Positions 38,573 to 47,605 of a DNA stretch of 64,000 bases are shown in pieces; position 1 is the stretch's first letter, and each line of letters opens with the position of its first letter. The DNA lies in the IMG/VR virus record IMGVR_UViG_3300031963_011487; one strand, written 5' to 3'. A program made the position numbers and the translations under genes. The notes under the pieces are model-generated. The model was not told the DNA's origin, did not search any database, and saw nothing but the letters and a program-made list of their open reading frames with translations. The DNA is from an uncultured virus (IMG/VR IMGVR_UViG_3300031963_011487) (lineage: Duplodnaviria; Heunggongvirae; Uroviricota; Caudoviricetes).

Positions 38573-40455
38573 TGCATCCGTCACTGGATAATGTATTATT
38601 TACGTGGGGAAAATATAAAGGAACTACGTTGGGGAGTGTGCGGAGAATTGATCCACAATATCTACAGTGGATTAGTACGACTCCTGGGTTACCCGACGTA
38701 TGGGTAGAAGCAGCAAAACGTGCCCTTGTCGGCGATGATGTTAGTGATCTATCCCTCCCACGTACGAAACTTTCAGAAAAACCGCAAGAACAAAAAGAAG
38801 AACAGGTAGGTCCAATTGAAATCCATCTGAAGGATTCCAAGACGGCCTATCTTGTCATGCCTTATAATAAGCTGTTAGTAGAACAATTCAAGTATGAGAT
38901 TGATGGACGAAAATGGAATGGTGATGAAAAACGTTGGGAGTTTCCTGCAGTTCATCTTCCCAAGGTTAAGAAACTCTTCCCGCAAAGTACTCTCTCGTCG
39001 TCAGCAGAAAAGTTGTTAACGAAATTACAAGAACGTCGGGAAGATCTTGATGAAATACGACAGAAGGAAGACACGGATTTTACAGTCCCCGGCTTAAAGT
39101 TGAACCTGTATCCTTATCAAAAAGTTGGCGTACAATTTGTGGACAGAGCGGGTGGTCGGTGTCTCATTGCCGATGCACCGGGATTAGGCAAAACCGTTCA
39201 AGCCATTGCATATGCACAATTACACAATCTCAAAGCGTTGATCGTCTGTCCGTTGTCTGTTGTCGTCAACTGGCAACGTGAAATCAAAAAATTTACTGGG
39301 AAGGAGAGTACGATATGGGATAGTAAAACTTACGACGGTCATCTCCGAAATCAGTTTCATATTACACATTATGATGCTGTTGCTAAAAATAATCATTGGC
39401 TTCGTGACCAAAAATTTGATCTTCTTGTGTGTGACGAAGCGACCTATCTTAAGAACCGTCAAACAATTCGTGCAAAATCTATCCTCGGTTCTTGGAAAGA
39501 GCGCCGTAAGTATCCGGGAGTCAAAACCAAATATACCATCTTTTTGACGGGAACGCCCGTGATGTCTCGTCCCATAGAAGCATTCTCGTTACTCAATTTC
39601 TTGGATAAGGAAAGGTTCAATAATTTCTTCCATTTCACGCAACGATATGGGGGATGGAAGGGTCAAGCACCGATGAACCTCCAAGACCTGCATGACCGTA
39701 CTAAAGACCTGGTTATTCGTCGTAAGAAAGATCAAGTGCTCACCGAGTTACCCGCAAAACAACGGAATGACTTGTATGTGGAATTGACAAAAGACGAACG
39801 GAAAGAATATAATCAATTATTAAAAGAACTGTTTGGGAAATGGAAGATGGAAGGAAAGCCGTCTGTGAAACATATGCCCAAGTTGCAGGGATTCTTGATT
39901 GAAAAGAAACTCCCACGACTACTGGAAATGATTGATGAATTCTTGGACAACGATAAACCGATCCTCATTTTCAGTAACTATATCGCCCCTCTTAAATTCT
40001 TATTAGAACATTATGGGGATCAAGCGGCAATATTGACAGGTGAAATGAACAGGAACGAACGTCAAGAAACGATTGATAAACTGGTATCGGGAAAAGCAAA
40101 GATTGGACTCTTCAGTCTATTGGCAGCAGGTATGGGTATTGACGGATTACAGCACAAGATTGATACCGTGGTGTTCCTCAACATGGACTACGTGCCTGCA
40201 AATCACGAACAAGCAGAGGACCGTACCCATCGTATTGGTCAAAAGTCCCAAGTCCAAGTCTATTATATGATTTGTGACGGGACGATGGACGAATATATGC
40301 GGGATATTTTGAAAGAAAAGCAGGAGGTAGCAGATATGATTGTGGATGGCGCACTGGTAACCCCTGAGAAGCAACGGTCGTATTTCAAGGAATTTGTAAG
40401 ACGATTAAGTACGGATTATAACGAACGGTTTGACATAGAAAGTGTGGATGAATGA
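38572..40455 (+). CDS. SNF2/SWI2-family helicase-like ATPase (SMARCAL1/HARP-like architecture)
   Basis: ADAPGLGKT, DEAT, LTGTP, IRRKKDQVLTELP, GIDGL, QAEDRTHRIGQ. N-terminal WGKYKG motif and GRKWNGDEKRWEFP. Confidence 0.9.
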   Translation: MHPSLDNVLFTWGKYKGTTLGSVRRIDPQYLQWISTTPGLPDVWVEAAKRALVGDDVSDLSLPRTKLSEKPQEQKEEQVGPIEIHLKDSKTAYLVMPYNKLLVEQFKYEIDGRKWNGDEKRWEFPAVHLPKVKKLFPQSTLSSSAEKLLTKLQERREDLDEIRQKEDTDFTVPGLKLNLYPYQKVGVQFVDRAGGRCLIADAPGLGKTVQAIAYAQLHNLKALIVCPLSVVVNWQREIKKFTGKESTIWDSKTYDGHLRNQFHITHYDAVAKNNHWLRDQKFDLLVCDEATYLKNRQTIRAKSILGSWKERRKYPGVKTKYTIFLTGTPVMSRPIEAFSLLNFLDKERFNNFFHFTQRYGGWKGQAPMNLQDLHDRTKDLVIRRKKDQVLTELPAKQRNDLYVELTKDERKEYNQLLKELFGKWKMEGKPSVKHMPKLQGFLIEKKLPRLLEMIDEFLDNDKPILIFSNYIAPLKFLLEHYGDQAAILTGEMNRNERQETIDKLVSGKAKIGLFSLLAAGMGIDGLQHKIDTVVFLNMDYVPANHEQAEDRTHRIGQKSQVQVYYMICDGTMDEYMRDILKEKQEVADMIVDGALVTPEKQRSYFKEFVRRLSTDYNERFDIESVDE

Positions 40456-40463
40456 TATTTATT
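40456..40463 (+). promoter_or_regulatory. putative late promoter TATTTATT
   Basis: 35 nt upstream of ATG 40491. Confidence 0.55.
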
Positions 40464-40490
40464 AGTGTATAACTTTAACCAGAGGGTTTT

Positions 40491-41258
40491 ATGCAAGAAC
40501 AATCAGTTACAACAAGTACGTTTCCTACTGAAACAATTGATTTACCATCAAAAGGCGTCTTTTACCCAGAAAATAGCCCGTTACGTTCCGGAATTATAGA
40601 TTTATACCTGATGACCGCAAAACACGAAGATATTTTAACCTCTCCCAACTTGATTCAAAAGGGATTGGTATTAGATAAATTAATTGATGCGTTGATCGCC
40701 ACAAAAGGTGTGAAAGCATCTGATCTATTGTTAGGTGATTTGAACGCGGTGATGGTTGCGGCACGAATTTTAGGTTATGGAAAGGATTATGAAGTGAACT
40801 TATCGTGTCCATCGTGCGGTCAAGACGTAGACCAAATGGTTAATTTGACGGAATTACAAATGGAAAACGAACCAGAACAGGGAAAAATTCCGCAATTCAA
40901 AATTGTTCTTCCGGTATCAAAGAAAGAAGTTACATTAAAGTTATTGACTCGTGGCGATGAATTACGAATTGAAAAAGAAGTCAAGTCGTTGAAAAAAATC
41001 AATGGTGACGTAGATTCTGAAACCACTACACGATTAAAGTCTATCATTGCAGCAGTTGACGGAGATACAACCCCATCGGCTATCTGGCAGTTTGTAGATA
41101 GTATGTTGGTTCGGGATGCACGGTATCTTCGTGAACAATATCGACAATTAGTTCCTGACGTAAACTTTAACATTATAGTAGATTGTGCGTGTGGGGCAAA
41201 TCAAACGGCGAGGTTGCCTATTGGCGCCGACTTCTTTTGGCCTGACGCCAGAGTATAA
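40491..41258 (+). CDS. baseplate hub assembly protein / tail assembly chaperone (T4 gp26-like)
   Basis: ETIDLPSKG.FYP, MTAKHEDIL, CPSC and CAC motifs, C-terminal FFWP; upstream of the tape measure gene. Confidence 0.7.
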   Translation: MQEQSVTTSTFPTETIDLPSKGVFYPENSPLRSGIIDLYLMTAKHEDILTSPNLIQKGLVLDKLIDALIATKGVKASDLLLGDLNAVMVAARILGYGKDYEVNLSCPSCGQDVDQMVNLTELQMENEPEQGKIPQFKIVLPVSKKEVTLKLLTRGDELRIEKEVKSLKKINGDVDSETTTRLKSIIAAVDGDTTPSAIWQFVDSMLVRDARYLREQYRQLVPDVNFNIIVDCACGANQTARLPIGADFFWPDARV

Positions 41259-41427
41259 ATTAATCGTTTTTAAAGACATGTTAATGGTTGCTCATTATTC
41301 TAAAGGTGCTTTTAGTGTGATGGATTTATACAACATGCCGGTATACATGAGAAACTTTTATCTCAAAGAATTCGTCAAACTAAAAGAACAAGAAAATAAA
41401 GAAATAGAAAAAATGAGAAAGAAATGA
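41236..41427 (+). CDS. overlapping +1-frame ORF, probable frameshift extension of the chaperone (or short gene from ATG 41278)
   Basis: FGLTPEYK...GAFSVMDLYNMPVYMRNFY; overlaps the end of 40491-41258 across TTC TTT TGG. Confidence 0.6.
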   Translation, partial: FGLTPEYKLIVFKDMLMVAHYSKGAFSVMDLYNMPVYMRNFYLKEFVKLKEQENKEIEKMRKK

Positions 41428-41792
41428 TATTACTACGGGAACTTCTAGAAGAAAATATTAAAGCATATGCTGGAATGTCGGTGTCGGGGAAACCTGTACT
41501 TACCGTCGTGAATAATAAAGCATATAAAGGAATGTCTGTTTCTGGAAGTCCCGTGTACACCGTATCAGGCAATAAATTGTATAAAGGTATGGCATCCTCT
41601 GGATCACCGTTGGCTACGTTGGTGGGCGATTTGTTATTTAAAGGAAATGCAATATCGGGTTCTCCTATTGCCAAGATAGTAGGAAATAGATCGTTTAAAG
41701 GAATAGCCCCGTCTGGAGCTCCGTTGGTTACCGTACCATCTGGCGATGTTACCACATTGTTTGCGGCAACCTATCACGTCTTGTTTGAGTAA
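41424..41792 (+). CDS. small protein with five 19-aa repeats and a MILLRELLEE leader
   Basis: Five repeats of the form xYKGxxxSGxPxxTVxGNx. Confidence 0.7.
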   Translation: MILLRELLEENIKAYAGMSVSGKPVLTVVNNKAYKGMSVSGSPVYTVSGNKLYKGMASSGSPLATLVGDLLFKGNAISGSPIAKIVGNRSFKGIAPSGAPLVTVPSGDVTTLFAATYHVLFE

Positions 41793-41796
41793 ATAA

Positions 41797-44700
41797 ATGG
41801 CAACTACTGAAGAAGAACTAAAACGCCTAGAAAGAGAATTACGACAAACAAGTATGATGACCAGTGCAGTTAGATCGGCACAGTCACGATTCATTTCTAC
41901 TATGACACGACATTCTGATGCCGTGTCTAAAAGTATTATTACTACCTTGCAAGAAATAAAGGGATCGTCCGATAATACGAAATTAAGCAAAAAACGTCTG
42001 GAAGTATTACAAAAACAATTGGAAAAAACGCAGCAAGACCTAACTGCAACTACTGCTCGTATAACCGCGTTGAGAAGTATTACCACAAGAACAACCGAAC
42101 AAGAAAAAGAACTACAAAAATTAATCGCTGCCGAAGAAAGACAAAAAACCGCAGTAGACAATCTTACGGACGAAATAAAAGCTAAAACTGAAGAACTAAA
42201 ATACGTAAAATTTCAAACGTTAGCAACCACCGTTACTGCATTGGCAGGTGGTATGATGTCACTTGCTGCATCAGTACGTGAAACACAACAACGATTTGGA
42301 ATTGCAGCAGATCAAGCGGCAGGATTGCAGTTTAAGAATCTAAAACAAAGTATGTCCAGTTATGTGGACGCACTTACTGGTCGCGGACCTGCGGCTACTA
42401 TGGAACAGATTGCTGCTACTCAAGAAGCGTTTCAACAACAGTTTGGTGGAGTATTAGATCCTGAAGCAGCAAAGCGGTTGACACAAGAAGCAATTAAGAT
42501 GGGTGTTACTGCTGAACAAATGGCAGACGCTCGTCGTGTATTTATGACACAAACTGGCGGAGATCTAAATAAAGCCACTAAGCAAACTGACAAGTTTATA
42601 GGGGAATTCAAGAAAAAAGGATTAACTGCGAAGGACGCAATGCAGGCAATTCAACAAAACTCTGAGTTGTTGGCACGGAATGGAACAAGATTTGCAGGAT
42701 CATTTGCACGTGCTGCAGCAGATGCGGTAAAAATTGGAGTAAATCTCAGTAAAATTAGTCAAGTTGGCGATAACATCATCAGTGATTTCGAAGGATTCTT
42801 GGAAAGTCAAGCTGAATTGGGAGCCATGGGGTTTGGGTTTGATTCCAGCAGGTTAGCAGAAATTGCCGAAACGGGAAGTGATGCAGATCTGTTTAATGAA
42901 TTACGTTCTCAATTGTCAGCAACAGGAAAAGATATTAATAAACTTCGGCGATCCGAACGGTTAGCGTTGGAAAGCGCATTTGGTATTAATATCAGCGAAA
43001 TGCAGAAATTGGCAACCCCACCAGGAAAAGAAGGATCTGGTGAAAAAACGATGGAGCAATATCAAGAAAACACGAATAGTTTGTTGACAACTGCGGTGGG
43101 CGTACTTGAAGGAGTAGGAAAAGGTTTGGCAGTAATTGGAAGTGTTATATCAGGAATAATTGCCGCTAGTACTGCAATAACTGCTGCTAATACAACTGCA
43201 ATTGTAACAGCAATGGGAGCCACAATACCTGCTATATTGACCGGAATACTCTCTGCGCTTACACCATTGGTTGGAATAGGCGTAGCGATTGCCTCTATTT
43301 GGGGAGCTATTCAACTTTGGAAACTTGGATCCAAAAATGTTGAAGAAGGAAAAGAAAAAATACGAACGGGTCAAGAAGGCGGAACTGGTCAATTAATTAA
43401 AGGACGAGCACAACAAGGTGCTGGAATAGGTGCTGGTAGTGGTACTGTATTAGGTGGTCTTGTAGCAGGTGCATTATTGACTGGAACAGGAGTTGGTGCA
43501 GGGGTTGGTATACCATTAATGTTGGCTGCTATGGGAGCTGGTGCAGCCGCTGGTGGAGCTACTGGTGGTGTAATAGGTGCGGGCACAGGAGCAGTACAAG
43601 CCGGTAATTTGAAACGAACTAAAGGTGATGACGTAGTTTCTAAACCCGGCTACGGTAAACGAGCACTATTAACACCAAGTGGTATAATTGCCTTAAATAA
43701 TAAAGATAACATTATTGCATATGCAGATGACTTTGATGGTACTAAAACACTTCCCAAGGGATCAATAGTTAATCAAGCATCTGATAGTGCAAGGAGTGTA
43801 GCAAAAGATACAATTCAAGGTATAATCATTAAAAAAGTAAATGAAAAAGCTGTAGAAAAATCTGTTAGTGCAACTGCTCGTATGATGGCCAACAGTATAC
43901 CATTTGTCGGAGATTTTGTTGGCGGTGCAATGGTATTACGAGATGAATATAAACGACTTGGGGATTTTAAGAAAGCTGCTGGAATTGCGGCAGGATATAT
44001 GGCGGCCTCTGCTACTGCGGGAGCTTCGGCCGCGGCCCTTACTGGTGGAGTTACGGTAGCAGGTATTGCAACGGCACCCGCCGCACCTTTTACTGCTGCA
44101 GCCGCAGATATGTTGGCAAGTCCAATTGCAGGAGAGGCATATCTTGCAGGAGTTCATAAAACAATAAAACCGGCAGACGATTATATTTCCTACGCAGACG
44201 ACTTGATGGGTGGTAGAAAATTGCCATTAGGAACCATATCTAAAATGTTTTCTGTATATAACCAAGGCGGGTCAGGCGGTGTTAAATCCAACTTAATGTC
44301 CAACGGACTCGGACTTGCCAATAAAAATATACCTGGATTTTCCAAGTATATGCCTCAAGCCACTGATTTATATGGAACGTACAAACAAAGTGGTACTGCT
44401 GGATTAAAGGCAACTGCACTAGAAAAGGGACTTGGGTTTTTGGGAAATAGAATTCCGCAATTATCGGGATCTATTGACGCATATAAACAAGGTGGCGTTA
44501 CTGGAGCAAAATCTAGTTTGTTGAATACAGGATTGGGATTATTGGGTAAAAAATTCCCATCTCTCTCCGGTTCAATAGATGTGTTTAAAGAAGGTGGTTT
44601 TGGGGGGTTGAAATCCAATTTAATGAATAAGGGTACAGAACTATTGGCCAAGAAGGTTCCTGGTTTATCTGGTGTAATGAGCGCATTTTCTGCCTATAAA

Positions 44701-45150
44701 AAAGGTGGGGTAGCGGGTGCATTAGGATCATTGGCGCAAGGTGGTATAGGAAAAGGTATTGGTGCCGCAATCGGAACGGCAATTCCGATTCCGTTCGTTG
44801 GTACTGCACTTGGATCATTGGTAGGGTCAAAACTCGGTAAGTTGGCGGGTGGGTTGTTTGGGAAGAAAAAACAACAAACTACAACTATAAGTCCTGAGAT
44901 GATGCAAGCAGGAGCAGTACCTGATTTATCTACATTCTTGGGTTCACAAGCACGCCGGGAAGAAACTAAACAAGCACCACAACAACAAGTCACCGTAGAT
45001 ACCAGTGGAATAGAAAATAAATTAAATAATTTTATTAACGCATTGCAAAATATTCAAATTAACATGGATGGTACTAAGGTGGGTAAAGTGTTAGTTAACA
45101 GTAGTGACGCAGCAATGTCAGCTGCCGGATTTCGTGTACAATCCAGATAA
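41797..45150 (+). CDS. tape measure-like protein
   Basis: 1117 aa; N-terminal coiled coil; A/G-rich hydrophobic segments; C-terminal INMDGTKVG; lies between chaperone and baseplate genes. Confidence 0.8.
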   Translation: MATTEEELKRLERELRQTSMMTSAVRSAQSRFISTMTRHSDAVSKSIITTLQEIKGSSDNTKLSKKRLEVLQKQLEKTQQDLTATTARITALRSITTRTTEQEKELQKLIAAEERQKTAVDNLTDEIKAKTEELKYVKFQTLATTVTALAGGMMSLAASVRETQQRFGIAADQAAGLQFKNLKQSMSSYVDALTGRGPAATMEQIAATQEAFQQQFGGVLDPEAAKRLTQEAIKMGVTAEQMADARRVFMTQTGGDLNKATKQTDKFIGEFKKKGLTAKDAMQAIQQNSELLARNGTRFAGSFARAAADAVKIGVNLSKISQVGDNIISDFEGFLESQAELGAMGFGFDSSRLAEIAETGSDADLFNELRSQLSATGKDINKLRRSERLALESAFGINISEMQKLATPPGKEGSGEKTMEQYQENTNSLLTTAVGVLEGVGKGLAVIGSVISGIIAASTAITAANTTAIVTAMGATIPAILTGILSALTPLVGIGVAIASIWGAIQLWKLGSKNVEEGKEKIRTGQEGGTGQLIKGRAQQGAGIGAGSGTVLGGLVAGALLTGTGVGAGVGIPLMLAAMGAGAAAGGATGGVIGAGTGAVQAGNLKRTKGDDVVSKPGYGKRALLTPSGIIALNNKDNIIAYADDFDGTKTLPKGSIVNQASDSARSVAKDTIQGIIIKKVNEKAVEKSVSATARMMANSIPFVGDFVGGAMVLRDEYKRLGDFKKAAGIAAGYMAASATAGASAAALTGGVTVAGIATAPAAPFTAAAADMLASPIAGEAYLAGVHKTIKPADDYISYADDLMGGRKLPLGTISKMFSVYNQGGSGGVKSNLMSNGLGLANKNIPGFSKYMPQATDLYGTYKQSGTAGLKATALEKGLGFLGNRIPQLSGSIDAYKQGGVTGAKSSLLNTGLGLLGKKFPSLSGSIDVFKEGGFGGLKSNLMNKGTELLAKKVPGLSGVMSAFSAYKKGGVAGALGSLAQGGIGKGIGAAIGTAIPIPFVGTALGSLVGSKLGKLAGGLFGKKKQQTTTISPEMMQAGAVPDLSTFLGSQARREETKQAPQQQVTVDTSGIENKLNNFINALQNIQINMDGTKVGKVLVNSSDAAMSAAGFRVQSR

Positions 45151-45163
45151 TTGAGAAACTTTT

Positions 45164-47311
45164 ATGGCATTTACGAATCTTGAAGAACGATTCAATAAAA
45201 ATGTAGATAAACTATATGCCGGGGCTAAGTCTAAATTTGAGAACGGCGTCCCGAGTACTGGTAGAAATGATGATCCATTAATTGTAAGAGAACCGAATAA
45301 TGGATATTGGAACGTTGCAGAAAGTCGTTCTACTCCAATTACAAGTACTGCAAATGACGTGAAACGGTTGACGTTATTTACACTGAGTAAACGAGGTATT
45401 GCCTTTTTAGCAAAACAACAATTATTACAGACGGGTAATACGTTTGAGTCAACCCGTATAATTAATCCAGCATTTCATATATCTAACGCAACTCCATTTC
45501 TTCACACCAACCGTGCACTAGATTTACCGATAACAGGACGAGGAATTGGTAGACAACTACTAGGAAATAATGCACTCTCCAGAAGAATATTTGGTAGTGG
45601 TGAGCAAAAGAAAGATGTAGAGTCACTTAGAAAAATAGGACAACTACAAAACGAAACGTATAATAAAGCAATAAATAGAAAAGATTTAATCGGTGGGGTT
45701 TTGAAAAAGATTCCGGTGATTGGACAAACGGTTTCTGCTGCCAGAGCAAAGCGTAGTGTTGGCGATGGAATTTATACATATAAAGAAAGTAGACCAGAAC
45801 TTGCCACCTCGCGTGAAATTCAAGCTGCTGGAAAGGCGTTGTCTCTCGTAGGGAATGCCCTCGGTGATCCAATGACAGGATTACTTGGACAAACACTAAG
45901 TTTATTTGATGTTGGTTATATTATGACCAAACACCGTGGCGACAAGACAAAATTTCAAAAAAATCAAACTACTATATATAATCCAAAATATGGTCCGTCG
46001 TTATTAGCAGGGACATATGAAACTTATTTGACCTTGACCAATAATAAAAAAGATTTCGTTCACGGAAACGTACGTAGAGGCGTACCTGGACCAAAATCAG
46101 AAAATATTATATACGGAACTCCTTTTTCTGATATAGTGAAGACGGATACAAAGACAAATTTATTAAACCGATATAGAAACCAAGAATTATTTAAGTACGA
46201 TTCTGGGTTTGATGTTGATCAAACTATTAAATTGAATAAAATAATATATAGAGTAAACACTACACAATGGCATATTGATAATACTGACCGAAATATATCG
46301 GTAGACACAGTTCCATATTTAAAATATTTTTCCGCCGACAAAGAGGCTATAAATAAACAAGACACGTTTAGTCTAGATGCACGAGCTCGTGCTCGGGATT
46401 CAGACGGGAAAAGAAAAAAAATATCATATTTGAAAGATCCGGCAAATGAAACTGCATCCCCCGACACATACAACGCACAAAACGTTCAAGTTCCATATAA
46501 ATTTATCAACGGCGCACCAGACTCATTTGATGACCCGATCACCGTGTCATTTGCAATGGGTAATGACGACAGCATACGGTTTAGAGCATTTATCAAAGAT
46601 ATACAACAATCCATAACACCACAATACAACCAACTACAGTATATCGGACGTATTGAAAAATTTATAAACTATGTATCCGTACAACGGGAAGTATCATTTA
46701 AGTTGGGAGTAATTGCTTTCTCAAAAGATGAAATTGATAGCGTATGGAGACGCATTAATTATCTCACTGGATTGGTTTTTCCATACGGATTTAATCGTGG
46801 AATACACCAGCCGAACATAGTTAAATTAACAATAGGAAACATATTCAAAGACCAACCAGGATATGTAGCGTCATTAAATACGTCATTTAATGAACTTTCC
46901 GAGTCATGGGATATTGATAGAGAAGTACCAATTTCTGCACAAATGGATATTAAATTTGTAATCATAGAAAAAGCAACAAAGATAGCAGAATCACCATTCT
47001 ATGGTATAACGGAATCTGGCATAGAAGGTTTTACAACCCAAATAGACACAAAAGACAAATTGAATTCTCTTGACCCAACTAAAGCGCCCACGGTGAGACC
47101 AATTACTACTTCCGTAGAACAACGATCACCAACAACTACGACGACAGTCAACCAACAACGCCCTGCCCCTGTGATAACAACGGGTCCAAGAAATCCTCAA
47201 GCAGTTCCACCAAGTACAGTTACTAATAACTTACTTGGAGGGTTTTCTAATATCAATAGACCGACTGGTGCAGGGGGGTTATCAAATCCATTTACGAGAC
47301 GCAATGGTTAA
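45164..47311 (+). CDS. baseplate / tail tube initiator-like protein
   Basis: IRFRAFIKDI...YIGRIE...REVSFKL...IVKLTIGN is a tube-initiator-like pattern; follows the tape measure gene. Confidence 0.6.
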   Translation: MAFTNLEERFNKNVDKLYAGAKSKFENGVPSTGRNDDPLIVREPNNGYWNVAESRSTPITSTANDVKRLTLFTLSKRGIAFLAKQQLLQTGNTFESTRIINPAFHISNATPFLHTNRALDLPITGRGIGRQLLGNNALSRRIFGSGEQKKDVESLRKIGQLQNETYNKAINRKDLIGGVLKKIPVIGQTVSAARAKRSVGDGIYTYKESRPELATSREIQAAGKALSLVGNALGDPMTGLLGQTLSLFDVGYIMTKHRGDKTKFQKNQTTIYNPKYGPSLLAGTYETYLTLTNNKKDFVHGNVRRGVPGPKSENIIYGTPFSDIVKTDTKTNLLNRYRNQELFKYDSGFDVDQTIKLNKIIYRVNTTQWHIDNTDRNISVDTVPYLKYFSADKEAINKQDTFSLDARARARDSDGKRKKISYLKDPANETASPDTYNAQNVQVPYKFINGAPDSFDDPITVSFAMGNDDSIRFRAFIKDIQQSITPQYNQLQYIGRIEKFINYVSVQREVSFKLGVIAFSKDEIDSVWRRINYLTGLVFPYGFNRGIHQPNIVKLTIGNIFKDQPGYVASLNTSFNELSESWDIDREVPISAQMDIKFVIIEKATKIAESPFYGITESGIEGFTTQIDTKDKLNSLDPTKAPTVRPITTSVEQRSPTTTTTVNQQRPAPVITTGPRNPQAVPPSTVTNNLLGGFSNINRPTGAGGLSNPFTRRNG

Positions 47312-47341
47312 TCTTTTGTACTTTTTCTTGGAATATTTTTT

Positions 47342-47602
47342 ATGACTAGATATATAGTAAATCCTACCATTAATAAAACTATAAACGGTAAACGATATTA
47401 TAGTACAGTAATACCGACTGACGTAGTTGAAGAACAAATACAATATACTCACGTTGCACGTATTGGCGATAGATGGGATACTTTAGCATACAAGTATTTG
47501 GGATCTGCAAAATTATGGTATGTTATCGCAAGTGCTAATAATTTATTGAACGGTTCAATATTTATTAAGCCAGGCACCACAGTAATAATACCAGAGGTTT
47601 AA
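47342..47602 (+). CDS. LysM-like baseplate wedge protein
   Basis: GDRWDTLAYKYLGSAKLWYVIASAN...PGTTVIIP. Confidence 0.8.
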   Translation: MTRYIVNPTINKTINGKRYYSTVIPTDVVEEQIQYTHVARIGDRWDTLAYKYLGSAKLWYVIASANNLLNGSIFIKPGTTVIIPEV

Positions 47603-47605
47603 TAT

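Noticed and set aside
40430..40460. TTGACA near the helicase 3' end as a sigma70 promoter
   Set aside because: No good -10 at 17 nt spacing; the TATTTATT motif explains the site better.
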